Assembly (NCBI RefSeq): GCF_046546175.1
Contig: NZ_JBKGYF010000020.1
Coordinates: forward strand, 1,001-25,000
DNA: 24,000 nt
DNA from: Methanohalobium sp.
GTDB taxonomy: Archaea; Halobacteriota; Methanosarcinia; Methanosarcinales; Methanosarcinaceae
Reading direction: 5' to 3'
Part shown: positions 1 to 10,037 of the stretch, piece after piece
How the letters are laid out: every line of letters begins with the position of its first letter
How positions within the stretch are numbered: the stretch's first letter is position 1
The notes under the pieces: model-generated
Database searches by the model: none
Seen by the model: only the letters and a program-made list of their open reading frames with translations
Told to the model about the DNA's origin: nothing
Position numbers and translations under genes: made by a program

Positions 1-484
1 CTTCTTTTTTTGATTTGGTGATTTCGACCAGTACTACACCTTCCCCTGGTTGACCATAAAGAACGATTGAATTTATTGGAGCCATTAAAATAGCAGGCAA
101 AGCCGCTAGGTCCTCTTCACCATTAACAAATATCCGTACATGGTTTTTTGATAATAATGCGTTCTCTATTTTGTTAACCAGGTCTTCAGTTATAGTACCT
201 GCAGGGTTATCTACAGTTACCTGTGTAAATCTATGATTTTTTTCAACACGGTCTGGTGTAGGTTTTCGATTTGTTCGGTTATCTATTATATAGATATCCG
301 GTATAATATCTGATTCAAGTAAGTGGAAAGTTGTAACATCTCCTACAGATATAAGTTTTGTGGGGGTTTTGAGCTGTTGCTCCATCTTTTTTATGGTATC
401 TTTACCAGTACCCTGAAATACTGCCCCGAAATATTTACGCAACATCGGGCGCAAGTTTTCAGGTAATTCTATTTGTGCTCCCAA
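1..484 (-). CDS. GTP-dependent dephospho-CoA kinase family (DUF359/COG1909), 3' end cut by window edge
   Basis: Absent from the ORF track (no ATG, runs off the window). Minus-strand translation from TTG 484-482 gives MGAQIELPENLRPMLRKYFGAVFQGTGKD..ISVGDVTTFHLLE..IDNRTNRKP..VNGEEDLAALPAIL..YGQPGEGVVLVEI. These are DUF359-type motifs, in the usual archaeal position just after rpoE'-spt4. Two-nt gap after the spt4 stop. Confidence 0.7.
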   Translation of the reverse strand, partial: MGAQIELPENLRPMLRKYFGAVFQGTGKDTIKKMEQQLKTPTKLISVGDVTTFHLLESDIIPDIYIIDNRTNRKPTPDRVEKNHRFTQVTVDNPAGTITEDLVNKIENALLSKNHVRIFVNGEEDLAALPAILMAPINSIVLYGQPGEGVVLVEITKSKKE

Positions 485-486
485 AA

Positions 487-672
487 TTACCGCACCTTCA
501 GAGCATATTTATCTGGCATTTCAATACCAATTTTCTCTGCAATTTTTGACCTCTTTGGGTCTATAATTATAACAAGGCCACTCCAATCAGAACTGAGATT
601 ACTCGATCCACATACAGGACATGCCTGACTGAGAGTAATCCTGTGACATTCCCTACATACCTGTTCACTCAT
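487..672 (-). CDS. spt4: Transcription elongation factor Spt4 (RpoE'')
   Basis: 61 aa with a zinc ribbon (CRECHR..CPVCGS), then the SxDWxG and KYALKV tail typical of archaeal Spt4. Lies directly downstream of rpoE'. Confidence 0.85.
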   Translation of the reverse strand: MSEQVCRECHRITLSQACPVCGSSNLSSDWSGLVIIIDPKRSKIAEKIGIEMPDKYALKVR

Positions 673-694
673 GATAATCCTCCAGTGTTAAAAA

Positions 695-1261
695 TCACTT
701 GACTGCTTTTGCAGTAGCTTGACGTTCTTCTTCAAGCCATTGAGATTGTCCCAGACCAACCTGACGCATGGTGAGTCCGATTTTGCTTTCTCTTGCATCC
801 CTCTCATTTATGCTGACCGCAACAATACGGGCTCGTACATAGTCACCTTCTGAAAGGGCACGATTCCTATTTTTACTTATAAGCCTTGCGTTTTTACTGT
901 CATAGGACATGAAGTCGTCAGTAATCTGGCTGACATGAAGCAGCCCATCCATTGCACCAAGACTAACAAAAGCACCGAAATCCACAATCTCTACAACCTG
1001 TCCTTCGATGACCTCCTGCATCACAGGTATGAATACAATGGCTTTAAAGGTCACATCATAATACACAGCACCGTCGCCCATAATAATGTGCCCTTCTCCT
1101 ATTGATTCTATATCAGTGACGGCAACAATGGAACCAAATTTTTTATCAATTCTCCCCTCTAACTTGTTTTCTAGCGCATCCTTTATACTGGCTTTTTCAT
1201 CATCACCCAGTTTGTCAGGTGATATGCGCACCGTGTCTACAAGTTTCATTCTTTTGTACAT
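695..1261 (-). CDS. rpoE: DNA-directed RNA polymerase subunit E' (Rpo7/Rpb7 homolog) with S1 domain
   Basis: 188 aa. N-terminal Rpb7-like fold plus a C-terminal S1 domain (GQVVEIVDFGAFVSLGAMDGLLHVSQI). GGAGAG Shine-Dalgarno sequence 6 nt upstream of the ATG. Confidence 0.9.
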   Translation of the reverse strand: MYKRMKLVDTVRISPDKLGDDEKASIKDALENKLEGRIDKKFGSIVAVTDIESIGEGHIIMGDGAVYYDVTFKAIVFIPVMQEVIEGQVVEIVDFGAFVSLGAMDGLLHVSQITDDFMSYDSKNARLISKNRNRALSEGDYVRARIVAVSINERDARESKIGLTMRQVGLGQSQWLEEERQATAKAVK

Positions 1262-1310
1262 TTTTTCTCTCCGGAAAATGTGATTTTAATTAAATTTTAA
1301 TAATTCTGGG

Positions 1311-1318
1311 TTTATATA
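1311..1318 (-). promoter_or_regulatory. Candidate archaeal TATA box for rpoE'-spt4-DUF359 transcription
   Basis: TTTATATA/TATATAAA element about 50 nt upstream of the rpoE' ATG. This leaves room for a leader of roughly 25 nt carrying the GGAGAG SD. Positional and consensus argument only. Confidence 0.3.
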
Positions 1319-1347
1319 CTTTACTTAAATTTGTTGTATTCTATATG

Positions 1348-1716
1348 TTATGATGTTTTTTCCAGGTGGTTTTTCTGACGCAGATATATAACTGTTATAT
1401 CTTTATCCATTAACTTCTTTTTAAGTTCTATGTCATTTGTAAGTACTGCAGAATTCAATTTGTTTGCAAGTTCAATTATAACATCGTCTGCTATCCCGCA
1501 CTGGTTAACAATTTCGCATTTTTCGCCTAAACTATGTGCAACCTTTGCAGCAACTTTATCTGAACCCTTTGCTTTTTTTACCAGTGAGTCAAGTTCATTC
1601 AATACCGCTTTAGGGACAAGGTACCGGTTGTATCCCAAACGTCTAAGTTCTTGAAAAATATCAACATTAAACTGCACCGGTACCATCAGCGCATTGGTAT
1701 CGATAATTACTTTCAA
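1348..1716 (-). CDS. PIN-domain protein, Fcf1/Utp24-like (COG1412 type), housekeeping
   Basis: 122 aa, [10 protein letters not shown]-terminal PIN acidic motif and TNDxEL near the C-terminus. TTG start 1716-1714 overlaps the aIF2-gamma TGA stop (TTGA coupling). The position between aIF2-gamma and rpoE' is the conserved archaeal arrangement. Confidence 0.7.
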   Translation of the reverse strand: MKVIIDTNALMVPVQFNVDIFQELRRLGYNRYLVPKAVLNELDSLVKKAKGSDKVAAKVAHSLGEKCEIVNQCGIADDVIIELANKLNSAVLTNDIELKKKLMDKDITVIYLRQKNHLEKTS

Positions 1717-2945
1717 GATTTAATTGCTCCTGCACCTATAAGCCTCCATCTTGACCCTATACGTCTGCTGATTGCAACCATCGAACCGGGTTCTGCACAT
1801 ACTGGTCTTTTAAGTTTGACTTCTGCAACATTGGACCTTGCACTGGTGACTACTCCAACAGTGGTGGCAGTACCTACATTTAGCATCAATGGTTCACTTG
1901 TTTTTATATTACCTATTTCAGAATCTATTTCCTCTGTAACACCAACAATTTTATCAAAAAGATGGAGCTCCAGTGTGAATGATTGATGAGTGGGAGGTAA
2001 TTTGCCGGGTTCACCCGCGACCTGACCTGTTAATGAGTCACTCTTTGTAAGTACAGGGTCAAGTGTAGTACCAACAGCAATTAATCCTCCAGGGGCCACT
2101 TCTTCAAGTCTTTCAGCCCCAGTCAATAGCATGGATATATTGGTTGTGATCGGTTCCCATTTTACTGCTCCTTCACTTTCAACCTTTCGTCCCGGCCGGA
2201 TTTCCAGTTCATCACCTGAATGTAATGTTCCGTCCTTTAGGGTACCTCCAATCACACCACCTGATATTTTGTTTAAGGAGTATCCCGGTTTATTGATGTC
2301 AAACGATCTTGCTATAAACATTCTGGCAGGTTTGTTCATTTTGTGAACAGGGGTAGGAATGATGTCTTCCATTGCTTTTATCAGAACATCGATGTTTATA
2401 TTCTGTTGAGCGGATATTGGTACGATAGGTGCATCTTCAGCAACAGTGCCTTTGACAAAATCTTTAATTTGATGATAATGCTCAACCATTTTGTCTCTTG
2501 TGACAAGGTCTATCTTATTCTGAACTATGATTATATTTTTTATACCGATGATGTTTAGAGCCATCAGATGTTCTTTTGTTTGTGGTTGGGGACATTTCTC
2601 ATTGGCAGCAATCACAAGTATAGCCCCATCCATGATAGCCGCACCTGAGAGCATGGTAGCCATGAGTGTTTCATGCCCCGGTGAATCAACAAAAGAGATT
2701 TTTCTCAGCTCTCTGGTTTCACTGTCACAACCCGGGCATGTATTTTCTACAGTATAACAATTGGGTACCGGACATTGAGGACATTCTCTTAATGTAGCAT
2801 CAGCATACCCCAATCTGATAGATATGCCCCGTTTCATTTCTTCACTATGTCTGTCTGTCCATACACCTGATAATGCTTTGACAAGTGTAGTTTTGCCGTG
2901 ATCGACATGACCTACCAGTCCGATATTAACGCAAGGTTGACTCAA
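1713..2945 (-). CDS. eif2g: Translation initiation factor aIF-2 gamma subunit
   Basis: 410 aa. GTPase G1 motif [18 protein letters not shown], and a zinc-knuckle insertion (CPQC..CPGC). TTG start with GGAGGA SD 9 nt upstream. Confidence 0.95.
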   Translation of the reverse strand: MSQPCVNIGLVGHVDHGKTTLVKALSGVWTDRHSEEMKRGISIRLGYADATLRECPQCPVPNCYTVENTCPGCDSETRELRKISFVDSPGHETLMATMLSGAAIMDGAILVIAANEKCPQPQTKEHLMALNIIGIKNIIIVQNKIDLVTRDKMVEHYHQIKDFVKGTVAEDAPIVPISAQQNINIDVLIKAMEDIIPTPVHKMNKPARMFIARSFDINKPGYSLNKISGGVIGGTLKDGTLHSGDELEIRPGRKVESEGAVKWEPITTNISMLLTGAERLEEVAPGGLIAVGTTLDPVLTKSDSLTGQVAGEPGKLPPTHQSFTLELHLFDKIVGVTEEIDSEIGNIKTSEPLMLNVGTATTVGVVTSARSNVAEVKLKRPVCAEPGSMVAISRRIGSRWRLIGAGAIKS

Positions 2946-3126
2946 TTTTTAATTTCCTCCATGTAATGATAAAATGATAGTAATAACTAATATAGAACGG
3001 AATTAATAAACTAAAATGACCTCATTTAAAGTTTGTGTTTAGTCTTCTTATTTGTTTATTATATATAACAACAATGCCTGAAATCTGAAATGAGTCGACC
3101 AGCCAAATATTTTTCCTTCTATTAGT

Positions 3127-4296
3127 TTATGTAACAATTTTATCAAGCTGGTTCGTTTCAATAGCTCTTCTGATTTCTAAAGCAACACGTCTGCCAGTAC
3201 TCATTGGTTTGCGCCACAGGGTATTACCATAAGAATGCCCGACTGACATATGGACATTTGTTCCGCCACCAATCCTTGGGGCTACGTCATAAATATGGAA
3301 ATTCAGGTCTTTGTCAATACAGGTCTGTAGACAGAAAGGACCGATTATACCAGGGTTGTAATATTTCTGGGTGGCTTCTACGTATTTTTCGGAAAGTTCG
3401 AATACCTTTTCAAGCAATGATTCTCTGAGAGTGGATGAATTATGTCCGCAGACAGTATACTCTGGGTTTATCTGATGTTGGGACAGTGTCATCTGCTGAG
3501 GAGCAGGGATACGTACATGTCCGTCAAGGCTGGTTTCAAACCTCCAGTCAATACCCAGCAGTTCAAGTTTGTTCATTTCGTCCTCTATTGGTGAATAGAA
3601 CATATCAAAATTAAATACAGGTCCAATTATATATTTTTCTATGATGGCGTTGTCAAGGGCATCCTGGGTAATTATACCACGATCAAGAAGTGCTTTAGAT
3701 TTTTCAAGGTATTCTTCATATGATGCAGCAGTAAAAAACCCGCGTTCCAGTGTTTTAACAGCATGAGGAAGTTTGACCATTACCAGTTCATCGATATCTT
3801 CGGGTTTTTGTACCCTATCCGGATATGGTAATCCTGCTTTATCCAGAATCCAGTAATAATCATAGTCCATACCTCTTTCTTCACTTCTCAATAAATTTCT
3901 GCTTCCTACAAGAGGTACTTTAAAATTATTTTCTACATTCTCTATACCACAGTAGGTTGTAAACGAGCGGTTCGGGACAAATAATACATTGTCATCAACC
4001 AGTTTTTTCTGGTTATCTAAATGTAGGATTTCATCAAATTGGCTGTATACCGAAGCATCATCAACTATACCCCTGATAATATTGCCATTAGAATTTCTTT
4101 TTGCTCTGAAATACTGGGTATAGGTTTTTTCTCTTCCGGATTTACAGGCAACAAATGTATTGAAACCCTCTTCAATTGCACCATCGAAGACATCTAGGGC
4201 AGAATGTGAACCCACTGTACCAACCTTTATGTTATCTGTATCATAATCGTTAACAGTGTCTATGATTTCATTTCTGTCTATCATTTTTAACCTCAA
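3127..4296 (-). CDS. purP: 5-formaminoimidazole-4-carboxamide ribonucleotide (FAICAR) synthetase PurP, ATP-grasp
   Basis: 389 aa. N-terminal GSHSALDV motif and the ATP-grasp core typical of archaeal PurP. The true start may be the second Met (4284). Confidence 0.85.
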   Translation of the reverse strand: MRLKMIDRNEIIDTVNDYDTDNIKVGTVGSHSALDVFDGAIEEGFNTFVACKSGREKTYTQYFRAKRNSNGNIIRGIVDDASVYSQFDEILHLDNQKKLVDDNVLFVPNRSFTTYCGIENVENNFKVPLVGSRNLLRSEERGMDYDYYWILDKAGLPYPDRVQKPEDIDELVMVKLPHAVKTLERGFFTAASYEEYLEKSKALLDRGIITQDALDNAIIEKYIIGPVFNFDMFYSPIEDEMNKLELLGIDWRFETSLDGHVRIPAPQQMTLSQHQINPEYTVCGHNSSTLRESLLEKVFELSEKYVEATQKYYNPGIIGPFCLQTCIDKDLNFHIYDVAPRIGGGTNVHMSVGHSYGNTLWRKPMSTGRRVALEIRRAIETNQLDKIVT

Positions 4297-4378
4297 TTTC
4301 TGTTGTTCCTTTTTGATAATATTATATATGGAGATTAAGGTTTGTAACTGATATATGATCTATAAATTAAATGTCAGT

Positions 4379-4987
4379 TTATGGAATAAGTTGTATGAAT
4401 ACTGGAGTTATAAAAGTTTCAACAGCTGCAGCAACAAAGAACAGCGGAATTATCCAGTAAAAGTAAAATCTGATACCCTGTAATAATTTTTCTTTTATAT
4501 TGGTTTTTCGACCGGTAACAGAATTGACCATCTCTTTACCCAGTTTTACCCCTATTGCAGTTGATATAAATACCATCGGAAGTTCTATTAATCCGTGGGG
4601 CAAAAGAGCGGTTACTAGGTACATTAATCCTTTTTCCACATATGTTACATAAGCAAAGATACCTATAATGTATCCATTGTAAGAGATAAAAGCAAGCGGA
4701 ATAATTCCAAAACCAACTCCAAGTAACATTGCAATCAGTGTTTTTATGGTATTGTTTAAAAAGATAAACAGCATGATTGCAAGCGGTGGCAGGTCTTTGA
4801 TAAATTCAAGCATACTTCTGAATTCATCCATTGACTGCTGTGCAATTTCCGGATTCATTGACGAATAGATGGCTCCGGTTATTGTAGATGCCATGAAAAC
4901 CACCACAATAACCAGTAAGTAAAGACTTACGGATTGCAGATAATTTTTAGCGTTATCGATACTAGATATTCTGTTTAAAGTACTCAT
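4379..4987 (-). CDS. Integral membrane protein, SpoIIM-like (DUF95 family)
   Basis: 202 aa, about 5 hydrophobic helices. PHGLIELP motif characteristic of the stage II sporulation protein M / DUF95 family. Confidence 0.55.
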   Translation of the reverse strand: MSTLNRISSIDNAKNYLQSVSLYLLVIVVVFMASTITGAIYSSMNPEIAQQSMDEFRSMLEFIKDLPPLAIMLFIFLNNTIKTLIAMLLGVGFGIIPLAFISYNGYIIGIFAYVTYVEKGLMYLVTALLPHGLIELPMVFISTAIGVKLGKEMVNSVTGRKTNIKEKLLQGIRFYFYWIIPLFFVAAAVETFITPVFIQLIP

Positions 4988-4991
4988 GTTA

Positions 4992-5843
4992 TCAGATACC
5001 CAATGTCATTCTAATAGTATTTCGGCATGCAGGGGCAAGTCCAAGGATTAGTATAACCAATTTGACAAAGGTTTTTAAATTACGGGACTCGCTGTCTTCA
5101 TTGAAATAACTGTCCAATATGTACAGTACGGGTATAAAAATTAATAGTTTTAATGGGTACATAACCAAAGCTGTGTTGGTGAGGTCTATTAGATAAGATG
5201 GCACCACATGTTTTTCATGGTATCCCAGCAAAGCAATACCGACAATAGTTGAGGATGCGTCCAAAAGATGTACCCACATTATGGTAAAATTCAATTTAGT
5301 GGATAACAGTTCTGAACTGCTGTATTTTAGAACCATGTGCACGATAAAAGACAGTAAGGTGGTAGCACCTATGACAAGAAATGGAACATAAAATTGTGCA
5401 ATATTTTCAAAATACAGCAGAAGTAATAGATTTATAATAAACCATATGGAACCGATACCGGCAAATAATATATGATGGTCTTTAATTTTTCCTATATCAT
5501 ACAGCCATTTTGAAATGACCAGTGTTAAGATGGTAACCGCAAAAACAAGGAAATAAATGATTGGTGTTATCAACAGGTAACTAATAGGAGCGTTGAATAT
5601 ACCCGCGTCTTCTACCACACGAAGTGATGAGCCGGCAAGTATAAAAGGTATGATTGACAGGATAAATCTATCATCGACCGAGATATTGAGTTTTTTAAAT
5701 AACTTGATAACTCCAAATAAAAAAACACCAAGTAATATTGCCCATGTGATGGTATTTACAGGATTATAACCGGTGTCAAATACAATCGGGTTTATGTAAT
5801 AATTTTGAATAAATTCCCAAATTTTATCTATAAATGAGTTCAT
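4992..5843 (-). CDS. Polytopic membrane protein, probably DUF63 family
   Basis: 283 aa with at least 7 predicted TM helices. Resembles the archaeal DUF63 membrane proteins; the family name is from memory. Four-nt gap to the downstream SpoIIM-like gene. Confidence 0.45.
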   Translation of the reverse strand: MNSFIDKIWEFIQNYYINPIVFDTGYNPVNTITWAILLGVFLFGVIKLFKKLNISVDDRFILSIIPFILAGSSLRVVEDAGIFNAPISYLLITPIIYFLVFAVTILTLVISKWLYDIGKIKDHHILFAGIGSIWFIINLLLLLYFENIAQFYVPFLVIGATTLLSFIVHMVLKYSSSELLSTKLNFTIMWVHLLDASSTIVGIALLGYHEKHVVPSYLIDLTNTALVMYPLKLLIFIPVLYILDSYFNEDSESRNLKTFVKLVILILGLAPACRNTIRMTLGI

Positions 5844-5969
5844 TATATCACTTATCTAAGGTAAATATCATCGAATCAGGAAATGGTACAGGAATTAACA
5901 GTTAATCGTTCTCTATTAATAAAGGTTGAATATATGTTATAATATAAAAATTCGTTTGCAGGTATAAAC

Positions 5970-7040
5970 TTGAATCAGGATAAACACGGAGAAGCCAAAT
6001 GGATGCAACTTCCCAGGGATGTAGTTGTAGGAACTGGGGTTATCAATGATATTACAAATGTATGTAATGATTTGAAACTGGGAAGTAATGCTTTAATAGT
6101 AACCGGCAAAAAAACCAGATATATAGCAGGTAACACTGTTCATGACGAACTGGAAGCCAATGGTCGCAATGTAGAGATGTTGATAACTAGTTCAGCTACA
6201 ATGGATGAAGTCAAACGGGTTGAAGATGAAGCAATGAAATACGGTTCAAATTATCTGCTTGGTGTAGGGAGCGGAAACTCTATTGATGTGGCTAAACTGG
6301 CAGCAACCAAACTGGATATACCGTTTTTGAGTGTACCAACTGCAGCATCACATGATGGTATTGTTTCTTCAAGAGCATCAATCATCCATGATTCAAAGAC
6401 CACATCCATACAATCAAATGCGCCCATGGCAGTAGTGGCTGATACTGAAATCATTGCGAATGCACCCTATCGACTTCTTGCAGCAGGTTGTGGTGATATA
6501 ATATCAAATTACACAGCAGTTCTTGATTGGGAACTGGCACACAGGTTGAGAAATGAATCGTTCAGTGAATACGCTGCATCCCTTTCCCGTATGACAGCAA
6601 AGATATTGCTTGATTCAGCAGATTCAATAAAACCAGATCTTGAAAGTTCAGCTCGTCTGGTTGTAAAGGCACTGGTCTCAAGCGGAGTTGCGATGAGTAT
6701 TGCCGGGTCATCAAGACCTGCTTCAGGTTCAGAACATATGTTCAGTCACGCTCTTGATTCTATAGCATCCAAACCAGCTTTGCATGGGGAAGAGTGTGGT
6801 ATAGGTTCAATAATGATGATGTACCTACATGGTGGTGACTGGGAGATGATCAGGGACGGACTAAAAAAAATAAGGGTTCCCACTACTGCAAAAGAGTTGG
6901 GTATTGAAGATAAATATATAATAGAGGCTCTCCTTATTTCGCATACAATACGTCCTGAAAGATATACAATACTTGGTACCAGTGGATTAACCAGTGATGC
7001 TGCAGAAGCGGTGGCAAAAACCACTGGAGTAATTTCATGA
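5970..7040 (+). CDS. egsA: Glycerol-1-phosphate dehydrogenase [NAD(P)+] (archaeal lipid backbone)
   Basis: 356 aa. [12 protein letters not shown]-terminus, [12 protein letters not shown] nucleotide loop, TAASHDG, and metal ligands in [15 protein letters not shown] 5970 has an AGGT SD 6 nt upstream; ATG 6001 is the alternative start. Confidence 0.9.
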   Translation: MNQDKHGEAKWMQLPRDVVVGTGVINDITNVCNDLKLGSNALIVTGKKTRYIAGNTVHDELEANGRNVEMLITSSATMDEVKRVEDEAMKYGSNYLLGVGSGNSIDVAKLAATKLDIPFLSVPTAASHDGIVSSRASIIHDSKTTSIQSNAPMAVVADTEIIANAPYRLLAAGCGDIISNYTAVLDWELAHRLRNESFSEYAASLSRMTAKILLDSADSIKPDLESSARLVVKALVSSGVAMSIAGSSRPASGSEHMFSHALDSIASKPALHGEECGIGSIMMMYLHGGDWEMIRDGLKKIRVPTTAKELGIEDKYIIEALLISHTIRPERYTILGTSGLTSDAAEAVAKTTGVIS

Positions 7041-7074
7041 TTATTCTTGATTATTGATGTTAATCGGTGATTAT

Positions 7075-7521
7075 ATGACAAATAAGGATATTAAAGTAAC
7101 ACTTATAGGATGCAGACTTGCAAAGGAAGGCCAGGAATTCATATACTGGGGAGAATCTCCGGATTGCAGCGGTTGTAAAATAAAAAATACATGTAATAAC
7201 CTCGAAATCGGACGTAAATACAGAGTTGAAAAAATCCGCAGTGATACAGTTCATGGATGTTATTTACATGATCAGGGTGCAATGGTTGTAGAGGTTTCCA
7301 GAGCATCAGTTGTAGCTGCGATTGAATCTAAAAAAGCAGTACCAGGTGCCAAAATAAATTTTGAATCCATCAAATGTGACGAAATCGACTGTGAATATCA
7401 TAAATTCTGCTACCCGAAAGGACTAAAAAATGGTGATAAATGTACAATTATTAATGTACTGGATGACGTGGAAGTATGTTCACGTGGAAAATCCTTAAAA
7501 AAGGTAGAACTTAGTCAGTAA
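7075..7521 (+). CDS. UPF0179-family Cys-rich protein (function unknown)
   Basis: The track ORF starts at TTG 7054. ATG 7075 is preferred because a GGTGA SD lies 4 nt upstream. VTLIGCRLAKEGQEFIYWGESPDCSGCKIKNTCNNLEIGRKYRVEKIR matches the UPF0179 N-terminal signature. Confidence 0.65.
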   Translation: MTNKDIKVTLIGCRLAKEGQEFIYWGESPDCSGCKIKNTCNNLEIGRKYRVEKIRSDTVHGCYLHDQGAMVVEVSRASVVAAIESKKAVPGAKINFESIKCDEIDCEYHKFCYPKGLKNGDKCTIINVLDDVEVCSRGKSLKKVELSQ

Positions 7522-7622
7522 ATATGACCAGAAATACTCATATCAACGATTATATTTTAGTATTAAAAACAAAAATATCGAATAAGGAAAAGATAATAAT
7601 GAACAGTTTTCGAGGTCACTAA

Positions 7623-8261
7623 ATGCCAGACTCAAGTACACAGAAAGAACGCGTAAATAATGAATTCTACACACAAAAACGCTGGAATAACTGGATAGGT
7701 AAGGTAAAAGAAAGTGGTTTTGAGTTTAAGGACTCAGATGAGGAAACAGAAAAAGAGAGTGCGATTTTTGTAAATATGCAGGATGATGTGATACTTTCAT
7801 GTCTGAAAGTCATAGCACAATATGAAAGGGGTATTTTTACAAAAGAAGATGCAATGGATATTATATCCCAGATTAGAGAAATTGTACTGGAGGAAATAGA
7901 CCATATTTCTGAAGATATCGACCTCATGATAGAATCATTGCAAACGTCCCTTATGGCGGCAATTGCTGCATGTGAACTGTATATCATGGGTGAATATGAT
8001 AAAGACGCAGAAATCAATGAATTGATAAAAGCAGCAGTTGATGCTGAAGATTCTGATGACCTCCAGATAGCGATGCAATTTATAGCTGAAGCAGGGGCAA
8101 GGGTAATAGGAGGAGACGAGCTACCTGAGAATCTCTTTGATGAACTTCCCTATGGTCTGGTTGCAGAATGGCTGGATGGTATCGATTCAATCGCAGCCGC
8201 TATGGTCGGGGCAGATAGTTATAAAGAAGATGATGGTAGTGGAGATTTTGAACCGATTTAA
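7623..8261 (+). CDS. Acidic conserved archaeal protein, DUF2150-like
   Basis: 212 aa, very acidic, FYTQKRWNNWI N-terminal motif. GAGGT SD 6 nt upstream of the ATG. Family name is from memory. Confidence 0.45.
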   Translation: MPDSSTQKERVNNEFYTQKRWNNWIGKVKESGFEFKDSDEETEKESAIFVNMQDDVILSCLKVIAQYERGIFTKEDAMDIISQIREIVLEEIDHISEDIDLMIESLQTSLMAAIAACELYIMGEYDKDAEINELIKAAVDAEDSDDLQIAMQFIAEAGARVIGGDELPENLFDELPYGLVAEWLDGIDSIAAAMVGADSYKEDDGSGDFEPI

Positions 8262-9406
8262 TCTTTTATGAACCTGTTATAAACCTCCAGCGTACCTTTT
8301 GCAATAGTTGTCCAGTTGTATTTGGTCTCAACCAGTTCTCTTCCGAAGTTCCCCATTGAACCATCACCCAGTCCGTCTACCACATAGTTTATACCCCATG
8401 CAATGGATTCAGGATATTTATAAACAACCACACCGTTTTTGAAATTGTCCACAAGTTTGACAGCATCGCTGGCTACTACAGGTTTACCAGCATCCCATGC
8501 TTCAAGAACAACAATTCCAAAGGGTTCATTACGGCTGGGCATACACACAACATCACAGGCATTGTACCATTCAATAGCAACTTCATCAGGTGCATATCCA
8601 AGGAAATGACATGTGTCTGAAACACCCAGTGTTCCTGCAAGATGTTCACAATAACTGCGCATATCTCCTTCTCCGATAAATACAAATTGTACATCCCACC
8701 GGTGATCCAGTACTATAGGAATCGATTCTACCAGTAAATCGGGACCTTTCTGATAACTCATGCGCCCGATAAAAAGCACCACAGGTGTAAGCGGATGCAC
8801 ACCATATCTTTCTTTGATTTTTCCTGGGTCTATATCTCTTCGTATTTTATCTATATGAGTTCCGTTTGGAACAATGGATAATTTATAATCCGGTATTTGA
8901 TACAGGTATACAACTTCATCATATAGAACTCTGGACGTTACTATCACTTCACTTGATTCGTATCCACCCAACCATTCTCTGTGTGCTATTTCTTGTGATA
9001 CCGGGTCCGGATTGTGACTGTTGCCGTTTCTCCCCCATTCAGTACTGTGATAGGTGAGAACAAAAGGCAGGTTAAATTCATGTTTCAATCTGCATAAAAC
9101 AGTTATAGGATGCCAGTCATGTCCGTGTAATACATCGAAACCGCCGTATTTGTCTCTGACATCTAAAAACATGGAATACATTGCATCACACATCTTGTTC
9201 ATCTGGTGTATGATGTCTCCAGACGGGTCATATACGACCCGATGATAATGGACACCATTAACCACATCATGTACATCATGTTTACCATCGTTACGGGTAA
9301 TAATATGTACCTCATGACCCTTTTCAACAAGTGCCTCTGAAAGTTCTGTGACATGTGGAGCAATTCCCCCTACTTTAACAGCATTCAAACTTTCCCAGGA
9401 AAACAT
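8258..9406 (-). CDS. GT-B glycosyltransferase, glycogen(starch)-synthase-like
   Basis: 382 aa. FSWESLNAVKVGGIAPHV resembles the K-x-GG-L donor loop of GlgA-type synthases. C-terminal PSRNEPFGIVVLEAW is the GT4/GT5 E-x7-E region. The N-terminus probably extends upstream (see findings). Confidence 0.65.
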   Translation of the reverse strand: MFSWESLNAVKVGGIAPHVTELSEALVEKGHEVHIITRNDGKHDVHDVVNGVHYHRVVYDPSGDIIHQMNKMCDAMYSMFLDVRDKYGGFDVLHGHDWHPITVLCRLKHEFNLPFVLTYHSTEWGRNGNSHNPDPVSQEIAHREWLGGYESSEVIVTSRVLYDEVVYLYQIPDYKLSIVPNGTHIDKIRRDIDPGKIKERYGVHPLTPVVLFIGRMSYQKGPDLLVESIPIVLDHRWDVQFVFIGEGDMRSYCEHLAGTLGVSDTCHFLGYAPDEVAIEWYNACDVVCMPSRNEPFGIVVLEAWDAGKPVVASDAVKLVDNFKNGVVVYKYPESIAWGINYVVDGLGDGSMGNFGRELVETKYNWTTIAKGTLEVYNRFIKD

Positions 9407-9613
9407 TCCGATTCGATATTTTTCTTTTTTAACAATGACCCCTCCAGTATACTATATAGAATTGCTATTGTTATTAATTTATTTTCTCATTCTTAAATTT
9501 TAATGAACCGGTATAAAGGTATATTTTAAGAATTAAATACATTAATATGGAACAAAATATAAGTAACATTATAATCACTTAGAGTGTTACAAATACAAGT
9601 ATGAGGTGAGAAA

Positions 9614-10018
9614 ATGGATGAAAATGAAAAATTAGGTATACTTGCTATAGGACACGGGAGCAAACTTCCATATAACAAAGAGGTGGTCATAGATATAGCC
9701 AACCGTATCGCAGAGAGGCATGAGGATGTAGTTGTAAAAGCAGGATTCATGGAAAAGAACGAACCAACTGTGGAAGAAGCATTACAGTCCTTTGAAGGAA
9801 CAGGTGTTTCCAAGATTGCAGCAGTACCGGTTTTCCTTGCATCAGGTGTTCACATAACACAGGATATACCTGAAATACTGGGACTTGATCCTGAAACAAA
9901 GAAAGGGCGTATAAAGTTGAACGGTTCTGAGATTTCGATTGTCTATGGAAATCCACTTGGCAGTGACGAACTGCTGGCAGAGCTTGTATACAACAGGGCT
10001 TGTGAAGCTCTGGATTAA
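9614..10018 (+). CDS. cfbA: Small sirohydrochlorin chelatase CbiX(S)/CfbA (Ni-chelatase of F430 pathway)
   Basis: 134 aa. [15 protein letters not shown] with catalytic His, and [25 protein letters not shown] upstream. First gene of the cfb cluster. Confidence 0.85.
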   Translation: MDENEKLGILAIGHGSKLPYNKEVVIDIANRIAERHEDVVVKAGFMEKNEPTVEEALQSFEGTGVSKIAAVPVFLASGVHITQDIPEILGLDPETKKGRIKLNGSEISIVYGNPLGSDELLAELVYNRACEALD

Positions 10019-10037
10019 TCTCTTTTTATGGTAACTC

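Noticed and set aside
1348-1716. PIN-domain ORF as a VapC toxin of a toxin-antitoxin pair
   Set aside because: There is no small antitoxin ORF upstream. The gene is start-stop coupled (TTGA) to aIF2-gamma and sits in the conserved archaeal aIF2-gamma/PIN/RpoE'/Spt4 arrangement. It is a housekeeping Fcf1-like nuclease, not a defence module.
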